DNA from: Nocardioides sp.
GTDB lineage: Bacteria; Actinomycetota; Actinomycetes; Propionibacteriales; Nocardioidaceae
NCBI GenBank assembly: GCA_041579495.1
Contig: JBFGFQ010000001.1
Span: 1-36,895, forward strand
Reading direction: 5' to 3'
Length of the DNA: 36,895 nt
Every line of letters begins with the position of its first letter. Position 1 is the first letter of the stretch. The notes below the pieces were generated by a model. The model was given only the letters and a program-made list of their open reading frames with translations, was not told where the DNA came from and made no database searches. Both the position numbers and the translations under genes were made by a program. Positions 1-8,539 of this stretch are shown here, in pieces.

Positions 1-225
1 CTGCGGGTCGGCGACGACGTCGCGGTCGTCGGCTTCGACGACTCGCAGGTCGCCCAGGTGGTGCGCCCGGGGCTGAGCTCGGTGCGCCAGCCGCTCGAGG
101 ACGTCGCCGTCGAGATCGTGACCGCGCTCGAGGGCCTGCTGGGTCGACCGCGCGTGGCCCAGCAGGGCGTGCTGCTCTCGCCCTCGCTGGTGGTCCGCGA
201 CTCCTCGGGACCCGACCGGCGCTGA
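1..225 (+). CDS. LacI-family transcriptional regulator, C-terminal part (5' end outside window)
   Basis: Frame 1 reads LRVGDDVAVVGFDDSQVAQVVRPGLSSVRQPLEDVA...LVVRDSS then TGA at 223-225. The VGFDD, LSSVRQP and LVVRxS motifs are typical of the LacI/GalR ligand-binding C-terminus. Confidence 0.9.
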   Translation: MRVGDDVAVVGFDDSQVAQVVRPGLSSVRQPLEDVAVEIVTALEGLLGRPRVAQQGVLLSPSLVVRDSSGPDRR

Positions 226-237
226 GGGGCGGCGCGC

Positions 238-978
238 TCAGAATCGGCGCCACCACACGTCGACGGCGTACTCGACCTCGGTGCCGCCCCCGGCGGCGCG
301 GTGCTCGGCCAGCGCCTCCTCGGCGGCGGGCCCCGGCAGCTCGATGCGCACCACGGCCTCGAGGTCGGCGGGGGAGTCGAAGGACCAGCGGGTCAGCACC
401 GGCTCGCGCTGCCAGCCGTGGGCGGTCCAGAACTCCCGCTTCACCGCGGGCGAGGGGTGCTCGGGGAAGCCGCGCGCGAACCAGGCGCCGAACGTCGAGC
501 GGCTCGCGTCGTTGTCGACGACGTACGCCGCCGCCCCGGGGCGGGCCACCCGCTCGAGCTCGGCGAGCCCGGGCTCGCAGCCGGGGCCGAAGAAGTAGGC
601 CCAGCGCGCGTGCACCACGTCGGTGCTCGCGTCGGGCAGCGGCAGCTCCTGGGCGGTGCCGGCCAGCACGCGGACCCCCGGCAGCCGCCGGGTGCGCCGG
701 GTGGCGATGGCGCGCAGGTCGGGGTGCGGCTCGACGCCGGTCACCGAGGCGGCCGCGCGGGCGAAGCGGCCCAGGTGGAAGCCGGTGCCGCAGCCGAGGT
801 CGAGCACGTCGCGCCCGGCCCAGCCGCCGAGCCGCTCGATCGCGGCCTCGACCAGGCCGTCGGGATCGAAGGCGTGGTTCTCGAGCTCGTAGGTGTCGGT
901 GTGGTGCCAGATGTTGGGGCTCGGCCGGGTGCCCTCGGGCAGCTCCGGCCGGCCCGTCGCCCCGGGCGTCGCGCTCAG
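238..978 (-). CDS. Class I SAM-dependent methyltransferase (start uncertain, probably CTG overlapping the upstream stop)
   Basis: C-terminal ~246 aa of the 238..2553 ORF: VLDLGCGTGFH (SAM motif I), VTGVEP, GTAQELPLPDASTDVV. The upstream part of that ORF is a shadow of two other genes. Confidence 0.85.
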   Translation of the reverse strand: MSATPGATGRPELPEGTRPSPNIWHHTDTYELENHAFDPDGLVEAAIERLGGWAGRDVLDLGCGTGFHLGRFARAAASVTGVEPHPDLRAIATRRTRRLPGVRVLAGTAQELPLPDASTDVVHARWAYFFGPGCEPGLAELERVARPGAAAYVVDNDASRSTFGAWFARGFPEHPSPAVKREFWTAHGWQREPVLTRWSFDSPADLEAVVRIELPGPAAEEALAEHRAAGGGTEVEYAVDVWWRRF

Positions 979-1613
979 AGCCGGACCAGGCCGCCGGGGG
1001 TCTGGATCTGCACGGCGATCACGCCGGGGGTGCCGTGCGGGGCGACCCACTCGACCTTGACGTCCTCGAGCGGGGCCTCGACGGGCTCGCCGAGCCACTC
1101 GCTCACGCGCAGCGGGTCGCCGGCGATCTCGAGGCAGGCCAGGGCGTAGGAGTCGTCGGCGCCGTGGCTGGGGTGCAGCTCGGCGGGCACCTCCCACTGC
1201 AGGAAGAACGGCAGCTGCGGGTCGGCCATCAACCCGTTGATGCCGATCTGCTTCCAGCGCAGCTCGGTGCCGTCGGGGCGGTGCCGGCTGCCCTGCGCGG
1301 CCTCGCGGCCCAGGCGCTGCTCGGCGACCGAGATGTCGTCGACCGCGACGGCCCAGCCGAGCCAGCCGCCACCGAGCGCCGAGCGGGCGCGCACGGCCTG
1401 GCCGAACGGCGCCTTGTCGGAGGCCGGGTGGTCGAGGACCTCCACGATCTCGAGGTAGGTGTCCTGCGCCAGCGGCAGCACCATGTTGCGGGTGCCGAAG
1501 CGCGGGTGGATGCCGCCGTCGGTGAACTCCCGGCCGAGCAGGCCGCCGATCCGCTGCGCGGTGCTGGCGAGTCCGTCGGGTCCGGCGGCGTAGGAGAGGT
1601 GGTCCAGGCGCAT
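975..1613 (-). CDS. VOC / glyoxalase-like family protein
   Basis: MRLDHLSYA...GGIHPRFGTRN...YLEIV...LPFFLQW, the Glyoxalase_3-type pattern; CACAAT sits 7 nt upstream of the ATG. Confidence 0.85.
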   Translation of the reverse strand: MRLDHLSYAAGPDGLASTAQRIGGLLGREFTDGGIHPRFGTRNMVLPLAQDTYLEIVEVLDHPASDKAPFGQAVRARSALGGGWLGWAVAVDDISVAEQRLGREAAQGSRHRPDGTELRWKQIGINGLMADPQLPFFLQWEVPAELHPSHGADDSYALACLEIAGDPLRVSEWLGEPVEAPLEDVKVEWVAPHGTPGVIAVQIQTPGGLVRL

Positions 1614-1685
1614 ACCGACGATTGTGAACTCCGCAAAGACCGGCCGTGACGGCGGGGTCGGTTCTCTCGACGTCGAGAGTCCGGG

Positions 1686-2471
1686 TCAGCGCGGGTCGGC
1701 GGGGTGCAGCGCCAGCGCCGAGCGCGAGCGCAGGTGCGCCTCGCAGTGCCGCACCAGCTCGTCGTACGCCGCCGCCCCCATGAGCTCGCGCAGCTCGGCG
1801 GCGTTGGTGACGTAGACCGGCTCGACGGCGACGTGCGCCTCGGTGTTGCCCGAGCAGTACCAGTCGAGGTCGTGCCCGCCGGGACCCCAGCCGCGCCGGT
1901 CGTACTCGCCGATGCTGACCTCGGTGTACCCGGTGCCGTCGGCGCGCTCGACCTCGCGGAAGGTGCGGCGGATCGGCAGCTGCCAGCACACGTCGGGCTT
2001 GGTCTCCAGCGGGTGCAGGTCGAGGTCGAGCGCCAGTCCGTGCAGCGCGCAGCCGGCGCCGCCGGGGCCGGCCTCGGGGTCCTCGGGGGCGAAGCCGGGC
2101 CGGTTCTGGAAGATGCAGGCCTGCTGGCCGTCGACCTCGGTGACCCGGGTCTTGCGCGCACCCTCGTCGTCGAGCTCGACCCAGTCGTCGCGGGAGACCG
2201 GGCGGCCGGGGTGCTGCTGCCACTGGTGCGGGGCGAGCCGGTCGACGAAGCCGGCCACCCGCTCCTCGTCGGCGTCGTCGGCGAAGTGCGCGCCCAGCGT
2301 GCAGCAGCCCACGTCGGGGGCGTCGGCGAAGATCCCGGGACAGCCCTGGCCGAAGATGCAGGTGTACGACGACGTCAGCCACGTGAGGTCGCAGCGCAGC
2401 ACCTCGTCGTGGTCGTCGGGGTTGACGAACTCGACCCAGGCGCGGGGGAAGACGAGGTCCACTTCGGGCAC
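1686..2471 (-). CDS. Conserved Cys-rich hypothetical protein (DUF3109 / CxxCxxCC-like, putative Fe-S or Zn binding)
   Basis: [30 protein letters not shown] motifs. Start placed at the second GTG (2471) because TAGGGT lies 6 nt upstream. Confidence 0.75.
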   Translation of the reverse strand: MPEVDLVFPRAWVEFVNPDDHDEVLRCDLTWLTSSYTCIFGQGCPGIFADAPDVGCCTLGAHFADDADEERVAGFVDRLAPHQWQQHPGRPVSRDDWVELDDEGARKTRVTEVDGQQACIFQNRPGFAPEDPEAGPGGAGCALHGLALDLDLHPLETKPDVCWQLPIRRTFREVERADGTGYTEVSIGEYDRRGWGPGGHDLDWYCSGNTEAHVAVEPVYVTNAAELRELMGAAAYDELVRHCEAHLRSRSALALHPADPR

Positions 2472-2518
2472 CGGCACACCCTACGGCCCCCTCGAGCCCC
2501 GGGGAGTACGTTGGTCCC

Positions 2519-3466
2519 ATGCGGCTGGGCGTCCTCGACATCGGCTCGAACACCGGGCACCTGCTGGTCGTCGACGCCCACGGCGGCGCCGCGCCGCTGC
2601 CGGCGTACTCCTACAAGGAGCCGCTGCGCCTCGCCGAGCACCTGGTGCTCGAGGGTCCCGACACGGGCGCGGTCTCCGAGGCGGGCGTCGAGGCGCTGAC
2701 CGCCTTCGCCGCCCAGGCGCTGGCCGTCGCCGAGGACAAGGGCTGCGAGGACATGCTGGCCTTCGCCACCTCCGCGGTGCGCGACTCGGCCAACGCCGAC
2801 GAGGTGCTCGACCACGTCCACGAGCGCACCGGTGTGCGGATCGCGGTGCTCTCGGGCGAGGACGAGGCGCGCCTGACGTTCCTGGCGGTGCGCCGCTGGT
2901 TCGGGTGGTCGGCCGGACGGCTCGCGGTCTTCGACATCGGCGGCGGCTCGCTCGAGATCGCCGGCGGGCCCGACGAGGCCCCCGACGTGGCCTGGTCGCT
3001 GCCGCTGGGCGCGGCGCGCCTGGCCCGCTCCGACTTCGCCGCCGGTCGGCCCGACGACGAGGCGATCCGGGCGCTGCGCCGCCGGATCCGCGCCGAGATC
3101 GCCCGCGACGCCGGACACCTGCTGCGCGCCGGCGCGCCGCACACGGCCGCGGCGACCTCCAAGACGTTCCGCTCCCTGGCCCGCATCTGCGGGGCCGCGT
3201 CCTCCTCCGAGGGGCCGCTGGTGCCGCGCGCCCTGGCGCTGGGCGCGCTGTCGGAGTGGATCCCCAAGCTGGTGGCCATGAGCCACGACGAGCTGGCCGC
3301 GCTGCCCGGCGTCTCGGCCAGCCGCGCCCACCAGGTCGTGCCCGGCGCGCTGGTCGCCGAGGCGTGCATGGACATCTTCGACCTCGACGAGCTCGAGATC
3401 TGCCCCTGGGCGCTGCGCGAGGGCGTCATCCTCGAGCGCCTCGACCAGCTCAGCGTGCTGGGCTGA
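2519..3466 (+). CDS. ppx: Ppx/GppA family exopolyphosphatase
   Basis: [32 protein letters not shown] and LREG motifs. Confidence 0.93.
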   Translation: MRLGVLDIGSNTGHLLVVDAHGGAAPLPAYSYKEPLRLAEHLVLEGPDTGAVSEAGVEALTAFAAQALAVAEDKGCEDMLAFATSAVRDSANADEVLDHVHERTGVRIAVLSGEDEARLTFLAVRRWFGWSAGRLAVFDIGGGSLEIAGGPDEAPDVAWSLPLGAARLARSDFAAGRPDDEAIRALRRRIRAEIARDAGHLLRAGAPHTAAATSKTFRSLARICGAASSSEGPLVPRALALGALSEWIPKLVAMSHDELAALPGVSASRAHQVVPGALVAEACMDIFDLDELEICPWALREGVILERLDQLSVLG

Positions 3467-3476
3467 GAGGCCCGCA

Positions 3477-4280
3477 GTGAGCACCCGCATCGGCCTGTCC
3501 ACCTCGTCGGTCTACCCCGAGTCGACCGCCCACGGGTTCGCGTACGCCGCCCAGCTCGGCTACGACGCGGTCGAGGTGATGGTCGGCATCGACGCGCTGA
3601 GCCAGCAGACCGCGGCGGTCCAGCAGCTCTCCGAGCACCACGAGATGCCGGTCTGCGCGGTGCACGCCCCGTGCCTGCTCTTCACCCAGCGGGTCTGGGG
3701 CACCGAGCCGTGGGGCAAGCTCGAGCGCTCCGCCGAGATGGCGCACGCGGTCGGCGCGGGCACCGTGGTGGTGCACCCGCCGTTCCGGTGGCAGAAGGAG
3801 TACGCCCGCGGGTTCGTCGACGGCATCGCCGCCCTCGAGGAGTCCACCGGGCTCGCCTTCGCCGTCGAGAACATGTACCCCTGGCGTGCGCAGGTGACCG
3901 CCAAGGCCGGGGCCGGCATGGAGATGTACCTGCCCGGCTGGGACCCCTCCGACGAGGCCTACGCGAGCACCACCATCGACCTGTCGCACGCCGCCATCGC
4001 CGAGGACGACCCGGTCGAGATGGCCACCCGCCTGGGCGGCCGGCTGCGCCACGTCCACCTCACCGACGGCACCGGCTCCCCGAAGGACGAGCACCTGGTG
4101 CCCGGCCGCGGCCACATGGACGCCGCCGGCTTCCTGCGCCACCTGGCCGGCGCCGGGTTCGACGGCGACATCGTCCTCGAGATCAACACCCGGCGCTGCG
4201 ACTCCCGCGAGGAGCGCGAGGCCGACCTGCGCGAGTCGCTGGAGTTCGCCCGTGAGCACTTCGCGGTCGCTGCCACCTGA
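3477..4280 (+). CDS. Sugar phosphate isomerase/epimerase (AP endonuclease 2 TIM-barrel) family
   Basis: GYDAVEV, VHAP, AVENM, IDLSH, HVHLTD, DEHLVPGRG and VLE metal-binding pattern. Confidence 0.88.
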   Translation: MSTRIGLSTSSVYPESTAHGFAYAAQLGYDAVEVMVGIDALSQQTAAVQQLSEHHEMPVCAVHAPCLLFTQRVWGTEPWGKLERSAEMAHAVGAGTVVVHPPFRWQKEYARGFVDGIAALEESTGLAFAVENMYPWRAQVTAKAGAGMEMYLPGWDPSDEAYASTTIDLSHAAIAEDDPVEMATRLGGRLRHVHLTDGTGSPKDEHLVPGRGHMDAAGFLRHLAGAGFDGDIVLEINTRRCDSREEREADLRESLEFAREHFAVAAT

Positions 4281-4989
4281 CCCGCCACCGGTCGCGGACC
4301 TCGCCTCGCTCGTCGTACGACGCGGGGGCCGCACGGTGCTGCCGGGCCTCGACCTGCGGCTGGGCCACGGCGTCACCGGACTGCTCGGCCCCTCCGGCGG
4401 CGGCAAGTCGACGCTGATGCGCGCGCTGGTCGGCAGCCAGGTCGTCGACAGCGGCAGCGTGCGCGTGCTGGGCCACCCGGCGGGCAGCCGGGCGGTGCGC
4501 GCCCGGGTCGGCTACGCCACCCAGGCCGCGGGGGTCTACGACGACCTCAGCGTCGCCGAGAACCTCGCCTTCTTCGCCCGGGTGCTCGGCGTCGGCGCCG
4601 ACGAGGTCGACCGGGTGCTCGAGGTCGTGCACCTCACCGCCCACCGCGGCGACGTGGTCCGCCGGCTCAGCGGCGGCCAGCGCGGCCGGGTGGGGCTGGC
4701 GGTGGCGCTGCTGGGCCGGCCCCCGCTGCTGGTGCTCGACGAGCCCACGGTCGGTCTCGACCCGGTGCTGCGCGCCCGGCTCTGGGACCGCTTCCACGAC
4801 CTGGCCGCGGACGGCGCGGCCGTGCTCGTCTCGAGCCACGTGATGGACGAGGCCGAGCGCTGCGACCGGCTGCTGCTGATGCGCGAGGGCCGCCTGGTCG
4901 CCGACGACAGCCCGGCGGGCCTGCTCGGGCGCACCGGCGCCCGGAGCATCGAGGAAGCCTTCCTGGCGCTGGTGGAGGAGGGCCGATGA
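4252..4989 (+). CDS. ABC transporter ATP-binding protein (export type)
   Basis: Walker A GPSGGGKST, signature LSGGQ, Walker B LLVLDE, H-loop SSH. The start is approximate and overlaps the upstream gene by 29 nt. Confidence 0.92.
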   Translation: MSTSRSLPPDPPPVADLASLVVRRGGRTVLPGLDLRLGHGVTGLLGPSGGGKSTLMRALVGSQVVDSGSVRVLGHPAGSRAVRARVGYATQAAGVYDDLSVAENLAFFARVLGVGADEVDRVLEVVHLTAHRGDVVRRLSGGQRGRVGLAVALLGRPPLLVLDEPTVGLDPVLRARLWDRFHDLAADGAAVLVSSHVMDEAERCDRLLLMREGRLVADDSPAGLLGRTGARSIEEAFLALVEEGR

Positions 4990-5723
4990 GTGCGCGCGTG
5001 ACCCTCGCGGTCGCCGCCCGGGTGCTGACCCAGCTGCGCCGCGACCACCGCACGATGGCGATGCTGCTCCTGCTGCCGGCCCTGCTGGTGGTGCTGCTGT
5101 GGTGGATGTTCAGCGACGCCGACCCCGGTGCCTTCGACCGCGTCGGGCCGGCGCTGCTGGCGATCTTCCCGTTCACCGTGATGTTCCTGGTCACCAGCGT
5201 GACCACCCTGCGCGAGCGCACCGGCGGCACCATGGAGCGGCTGATGGTGCTGCCCACCGCGCGCCTCGACCTGCTCGGCGGGTACGCGCTGGCGTTCGGG
5301 CTGGTCGCGGTCGTGCAGTCGCTGGTCACCGTGCTGGTCAGCGCGGGACCGCTGGGCCTCGAGATCGCGGGTCCGCTGTGGATGCTGGTGCTCGTGGCGG
5401 TCGTCGACGCGCTGCTCGGCACCGCCCTGGGGCTGTTCGTCAGCGCCTTCGCCCGCAGCGAGTTCCAGGCCGTGCAGTTCATGCCGGCCGTGGTGGTCCC
5501 CCAGCTGCTGCTCTGCGGGCTCTTCGTGCCCCGCGACGCGCTGCCCCCGGTGCTCGGCGCCGTCTCCGACGCGCTGCCGCTGTCGTACGCCGTCGACGCC
5601 ATGCGCAGCCTGTCGACGACCACCGGCACCGGCGAGGCCTGGCGCGACCTGGCGGTGGTGGCCGGCTTCGTGCTCGCCGCCGTGGGTCTCGGCGCGGCCA
5701 CGCTGCGCCGGCGTACCGCCTGA
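4986..5723 (+). CDS. ABC-2 type transporter permease
   Basis: About 6 hydrophobic segments, RERTGGTMERL motif, LPLSYAVDAMR; ATGA overlap with the ATPase gene. Confidence 0.9.
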   Translation: MSARVTLAVAARVLTQLRRDHRTMAMLLLLPALLVVLLWWMFSDADPGAFDRVGPALLAIFPFTVMFLVTSVTTLRERTGGTMERLMVLPTARLDLLGGYALAFGLVAVVQSLVTVLVSAGPLGLEIAGPLWMLVLVAVVDALLGTALGLFVSAFARSEFQAVQFMPAVVVPQLLLCGLFVPRDALPPVLGAVSDALPLSYAVDAMRSLSTTTGTGEAWRDLAVVAGFVLAAVGLGAATLRRRTA

Positions 5724-5757
5724 GCGGGCGCTGCGCCCCGGCACGTAACCTGCTGGC

Positions 5758-6708
5758 ATGGCCCTTCTCCGGCAGCCGCTGCTCCTGCTCGCCCGCAGCC
5801 AGCAGGTCAAGAACCTCGTCAGCACCCTGCCGGTCTCGGCCGGCATCGTCCGCGGCTACGTGCCCGGGGAGGGCACCGACGACGCCGTGCGCGCCGCCGC
5901 CGAGCTCGCCGACGACGGCCTGTGCTCGACGCTCGACTTCCTCGGCGAGGACACCACCGACCGGGCGCAGGCCGACGCCACCGTGGCGGCGTACGTCGAG
6001 GTGCTGGGCGCCCTGTCGACCCGCGGCCTGACCCCCGGCACCGAGGTCTCGCTCAAGCTCAGCGCGATCGGGCAGTTCCTCCCCACCGACGTCGCTCCCG
6101 AGGGCGGGCACCGGGTCGCGCTGGAGAACGCGCGCACGATCTGCCGCGCCGCGCGCAACGCCGGCACCACCGTCACCCTCGACATGGAGGACCACACGAC
6201 CACCGACTCGACGCTGGCGATCCTGCGCGAGCTGCGCAAGGACTTCCCCGAGACCGGCGCGGTGCTCCAGTCCTACCTGCACCGCACCGAGGACGACTGC
6301 CGCCAGCTGGCCTACGAGGGCTCGCGGGTGCGACTGTGCAAGGGCGCCTACGCCGAGCCCGAGGCGGTGGCCTACCAGGACCCGCTCGAGGTCGACCGCT
6401 CCTACGTGCGCTGCCTCAAGGTGCTGATGGAGGGCCAGGGCTACCCGATGGTCGCCACCCACGACCCGCGGCTCGTCGAGATCGCGACGTCGCTGGCCGG
6501 TCGCTCCGCGCGCCCGCAGGGCAGCTACGAGTTCCAGATGCTCTACGGCGTGCGTCCCGAGGAGCAGCGCCGGCTCGCCCGCAGCGGCGAGACGGTGCGG
6601 GTCTACGTGCCCTACGGCGAGGAGTGGTACGGCTACCTGATGCGCCGCCTGGCCGAGCGCCCGCAGAACCTGGCCTTCTTCGCGCGCTCGCTGGTCTCCA
6701 AGAAGTGA
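5758..6708 (+). CDS. Monofunctional proline dehydrogenase
   Basis: LDFLGE, SLKLS, LDMED, RLCKGAY, ATHD, EFQMLYG, YVPYG..WYGYLMRRLAERP. Confidence 0.95.
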   Translation: MALLRQPLLLLARSQQVKNLVSTLPVSAGIVRGYVPGEGTDDAVRAAAELADDGLCSTLDFLGEDTTDRAQADATVAAYVEVLGALSTRGLTPGTEVSLKLSAIGQFLPTDVAPEGGHRVALENARTICRAARNAGTTVTLDMEDHTTTDSTLAILRELRKDFPETGAVLQSYLHRTEDDCRQLAYEGSRVRLCKGAYAEPEAVAYQDPLEVDRSYVRCLKVLMEGQGYPMVATHDPRLVEIATSLAGRSARPQGSYEFQMLYGVRPEEQRRLARSGETVRVYVPYGEEWYGYLMRRLAERPQNLAFFARSLVSKK

Positions 6709-6751
6709 CTCCTCCCCGCGCCGCGGGCCGCGGGCTGGGAGGATGGGCGCC

Positions 6752-7558
6752 ATGACCTCACAGACCGCGATCCTGGGTGCCGGCGTGATGGGCGAGGCCC
6801 TGCTCTCGGGCCTGGTGCGGGCGGGGCGCCGCGTCGACCGGCTGATGGTCGGCGAGAAGCGTCCCGAGCGCGCCCACGAGCTCGAGGAGCGCTACGGCGT
6901 CGCCGTGCTCGACAACCGCAGCGCCGCCGCGAAGGCCGACACCATCGCCGTGGTCGTCAAGCCGCAGGACATGGGCGACCTGCTCGACGAGATCGCCCCG
7001 GTGCTGCGCCCCGGCGTGCTGCTCGTCAGCCTCGCCGCCGGCATCACCACCGCCTACATCGAGGCACGCGTGCCCGAGGGCGTCGCGGTCGTCCGGGTCA
7101 TGCCCAACACGCCGGCGCTGGTCGACGAGGGGATGACCGCGATCTCCCCGGGCTCGCACTGCAGCGACGCCGACCTCGCCGAGGTCGAGTCCCTGATGTC
7201 GTCGGTCGGCAAGGTGCTGCGCATCCCCGAGCGCCAGCAGGACGCCGTCACCGCGATCAGCGGCTCCGGCCCGGCGTACATCTTCTTCGTCGTCGAGTCG
7301 ATGATCGAGGCCGGCGTCCACCTCGGCCTGCCCCGCGCCACCGCCACCGACCTGGTCATCCAGACCCTGGTGGGCAGCGGCAAGATGCTGCGCGAGACCG
7401 GCACCCACCCCACGGTGCTGCGCGAGCAGGTCACCTCGCCCGGCGGCACCACCGCCTCCGCGCTGCGCGAGCTCGAGGTGCACAAGGTCCGCGCCGCGTT
7501 CCTGGCCGCCATGGAGGCCGCCCGCGACCGCTCCCGCGCCCTGGCCCAGGGCAGCTGA
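6752..7558 (+). CDS. proC: Pyrroline-5-carboxylate reductase
   Basis: LGAGVMG, VKPQD, SLAAG, RVMPNTP, SGSGPAY, VTSPGGTT. The second ATG (6752) is preferred for its spacing from GGGAGGAT. Confidence 0.96.
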   Translation: MTSQTAILGAGVMGEALLSGLVRAGRRVDRLMVGEKRPERAHELEERYGVAVLDNRSAAAKADTIAVVVKPQDMGDLLDEIAPVLRPGVLLVSLAAGITTAYIEARVPEGVAVVRVMPNTPALVDEGMTAISPGSHCSDADLAEVESLMSSVGKVLRIPERQQDAVTAISGSGPAYIFFVVESMIEAGVHLGLPRATATDLVIQTLVGSGKMLRETGTHPTVLREQVTSPGGTTASALRELEVHKVRAAFLAAMEAARDRSRALAQGS

Positions 7559-7584
7559 CCCGCGCCGCCGACCCGCTGCCGCCG

Positions 7585-7680
7585 TGCATGAGTCCCCGGC
7601 CGACCGGGGGTTCGCGCACTTGTCAGGTGTTGCAACACCTGACAAGTGCATGAGTCACCGGTCGACCGGTGACTCATGCA
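7585..7680. repeat. Array of three overlapping 34-bp palindromes with 31-bp period (A'-B-A), REP/BIME-like
   Basis: 7616-7649 GCACTTGTCAGGTGTTG|CAACACCTGACAAGTGC and 7647-7680 TGCATGAGTCACCGGTC|GACCGGTGACTCATGCA are perfect palindromes; 7585-7618 is a degenerate copy of the second. Confidence 0.9.
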
Positions 7681-7734
7681 GCCGGCCCGGACAGGTGGTG
7701 GTGGGGCTCACCAGCGCCCTGGCAGGGTGGGCGC

Positions 7735-8475
7735 ATGTCTGACACCGCGGCACAGCCGCACGTCCGGTTCTGGTTCGACCCCGTGTGCCCCTTCGCCTGG
7801 ATGACCAGCAAGTGGGTGCGGATGGTCGCCGAGCAGCGTGGGCACGAGGTGGAGTGGCGCTTCATCTCGCTGCGCCTGCTCAACGCCCACATCGACTACG
7901 ACACCCACTTCCCGCCGGAGTACGAGGCCGGGCACACCGCCGGCAAGCACCTGCTGCGGGTCTGCGCCGCCGCCCGCGACGCGCACGGCCCCGACGCCGT
8001 GGCGCGGCTCTACCCCGCGATCACCTCGCGGATCTTCGACGTCGACCCCGGCCCCGAGGGCGGCGGGATGCCCGGCGGGGAGCGGGCACAGGAGCTGCTG
8101 CGCGCCGCGCTCGAGGAGGCCGGGCTGCCGGCCGGGCTGGCCCGGGCCTACGACGACGAGGCGTGGGACCCCCAGCTCAAGGCCGAGACCGACGAGGCGC
8201 TCGCGCTCACCGGCAAGGACGTCGGCACGCCCATCCTGCACATCGCCCCGCCCGAGGGCGCGGCGTTCTTCGGCCCGGTCATCAGCCGGCTGCCCAGCGA
8301 GGAGGAGGCCGGCGCGCTGTGGGACCACGTGGTCGGCCTGGCCACCTTCCCCGGCTTCGCCGAGCTCAAGCGCAGCCTGCGCGAGCTGCCCCAGCTGCGC
8401 GCCCTCGGTGTCAGCGAGGACGAGACCGGGGTGCAGGAGGACTGGCACGGCGGGTCCCGGCGCCAGAAGAAGTAG
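7735..8475 (+). CDS. DsbA/thioredoxin-fold protein, Rv2466c-like (mycothiol-dependent reductase) family
   Basis: FWFDPVCPFAWMTSKW, DVGTP, FFGPVISRLP, GFAELKRS; CAGGGT 6 nt before ATG 7735. Confidence 0.8.
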   Translation: MSDTAAQPHVRFWFDPVCPFAWMTSKWVRMVAEQRGHEVEWRFISLRLLNAHIDYDTHFPPEYEAGHTAGKHLLRVCAAARDAHGPDAVARLYPAITSRIFDVDPGPEGGGMPGGERAQELLRAALEEAGLPAGLARAYDDEAWDPQLKAETDEALALTGKDVGTPILHIAPPEGAAFFGPVISRLPSEEEAGALWDHVVGLATFPGFAELKRSLRELPQLRALGVSEDETGVQEDWHGGSRRQKK

Positions 8476-8539
8476 CCCGCCCCACCGCTCGACCCGACAT
8501 ACTCGGCCCAGCCCAGCCCAGCGAGATGGAGAGCCCTTC

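Noticed and set aside
1622-1636. TTGTGAACTCCGCAA as a Rex operator
   Set aside because: One perfect half-site but wrong spacing (15 versus 18 bp); the sequence is explained by the CACAAT -10 of the VOC gene.
5744-5751. CGTAAC upstream of proline dehydrogenase as a BldN-type promoter
   Set aside because: No CGTT box 16-17 nt downstream; it is the TAACCT -10 of a leaderless gene.
7585-7680. Palindrome array as a CRISPR array
   Set aside because: The units overlap, there are no unique spacers, there are only three units, and no cas genes are in the window.
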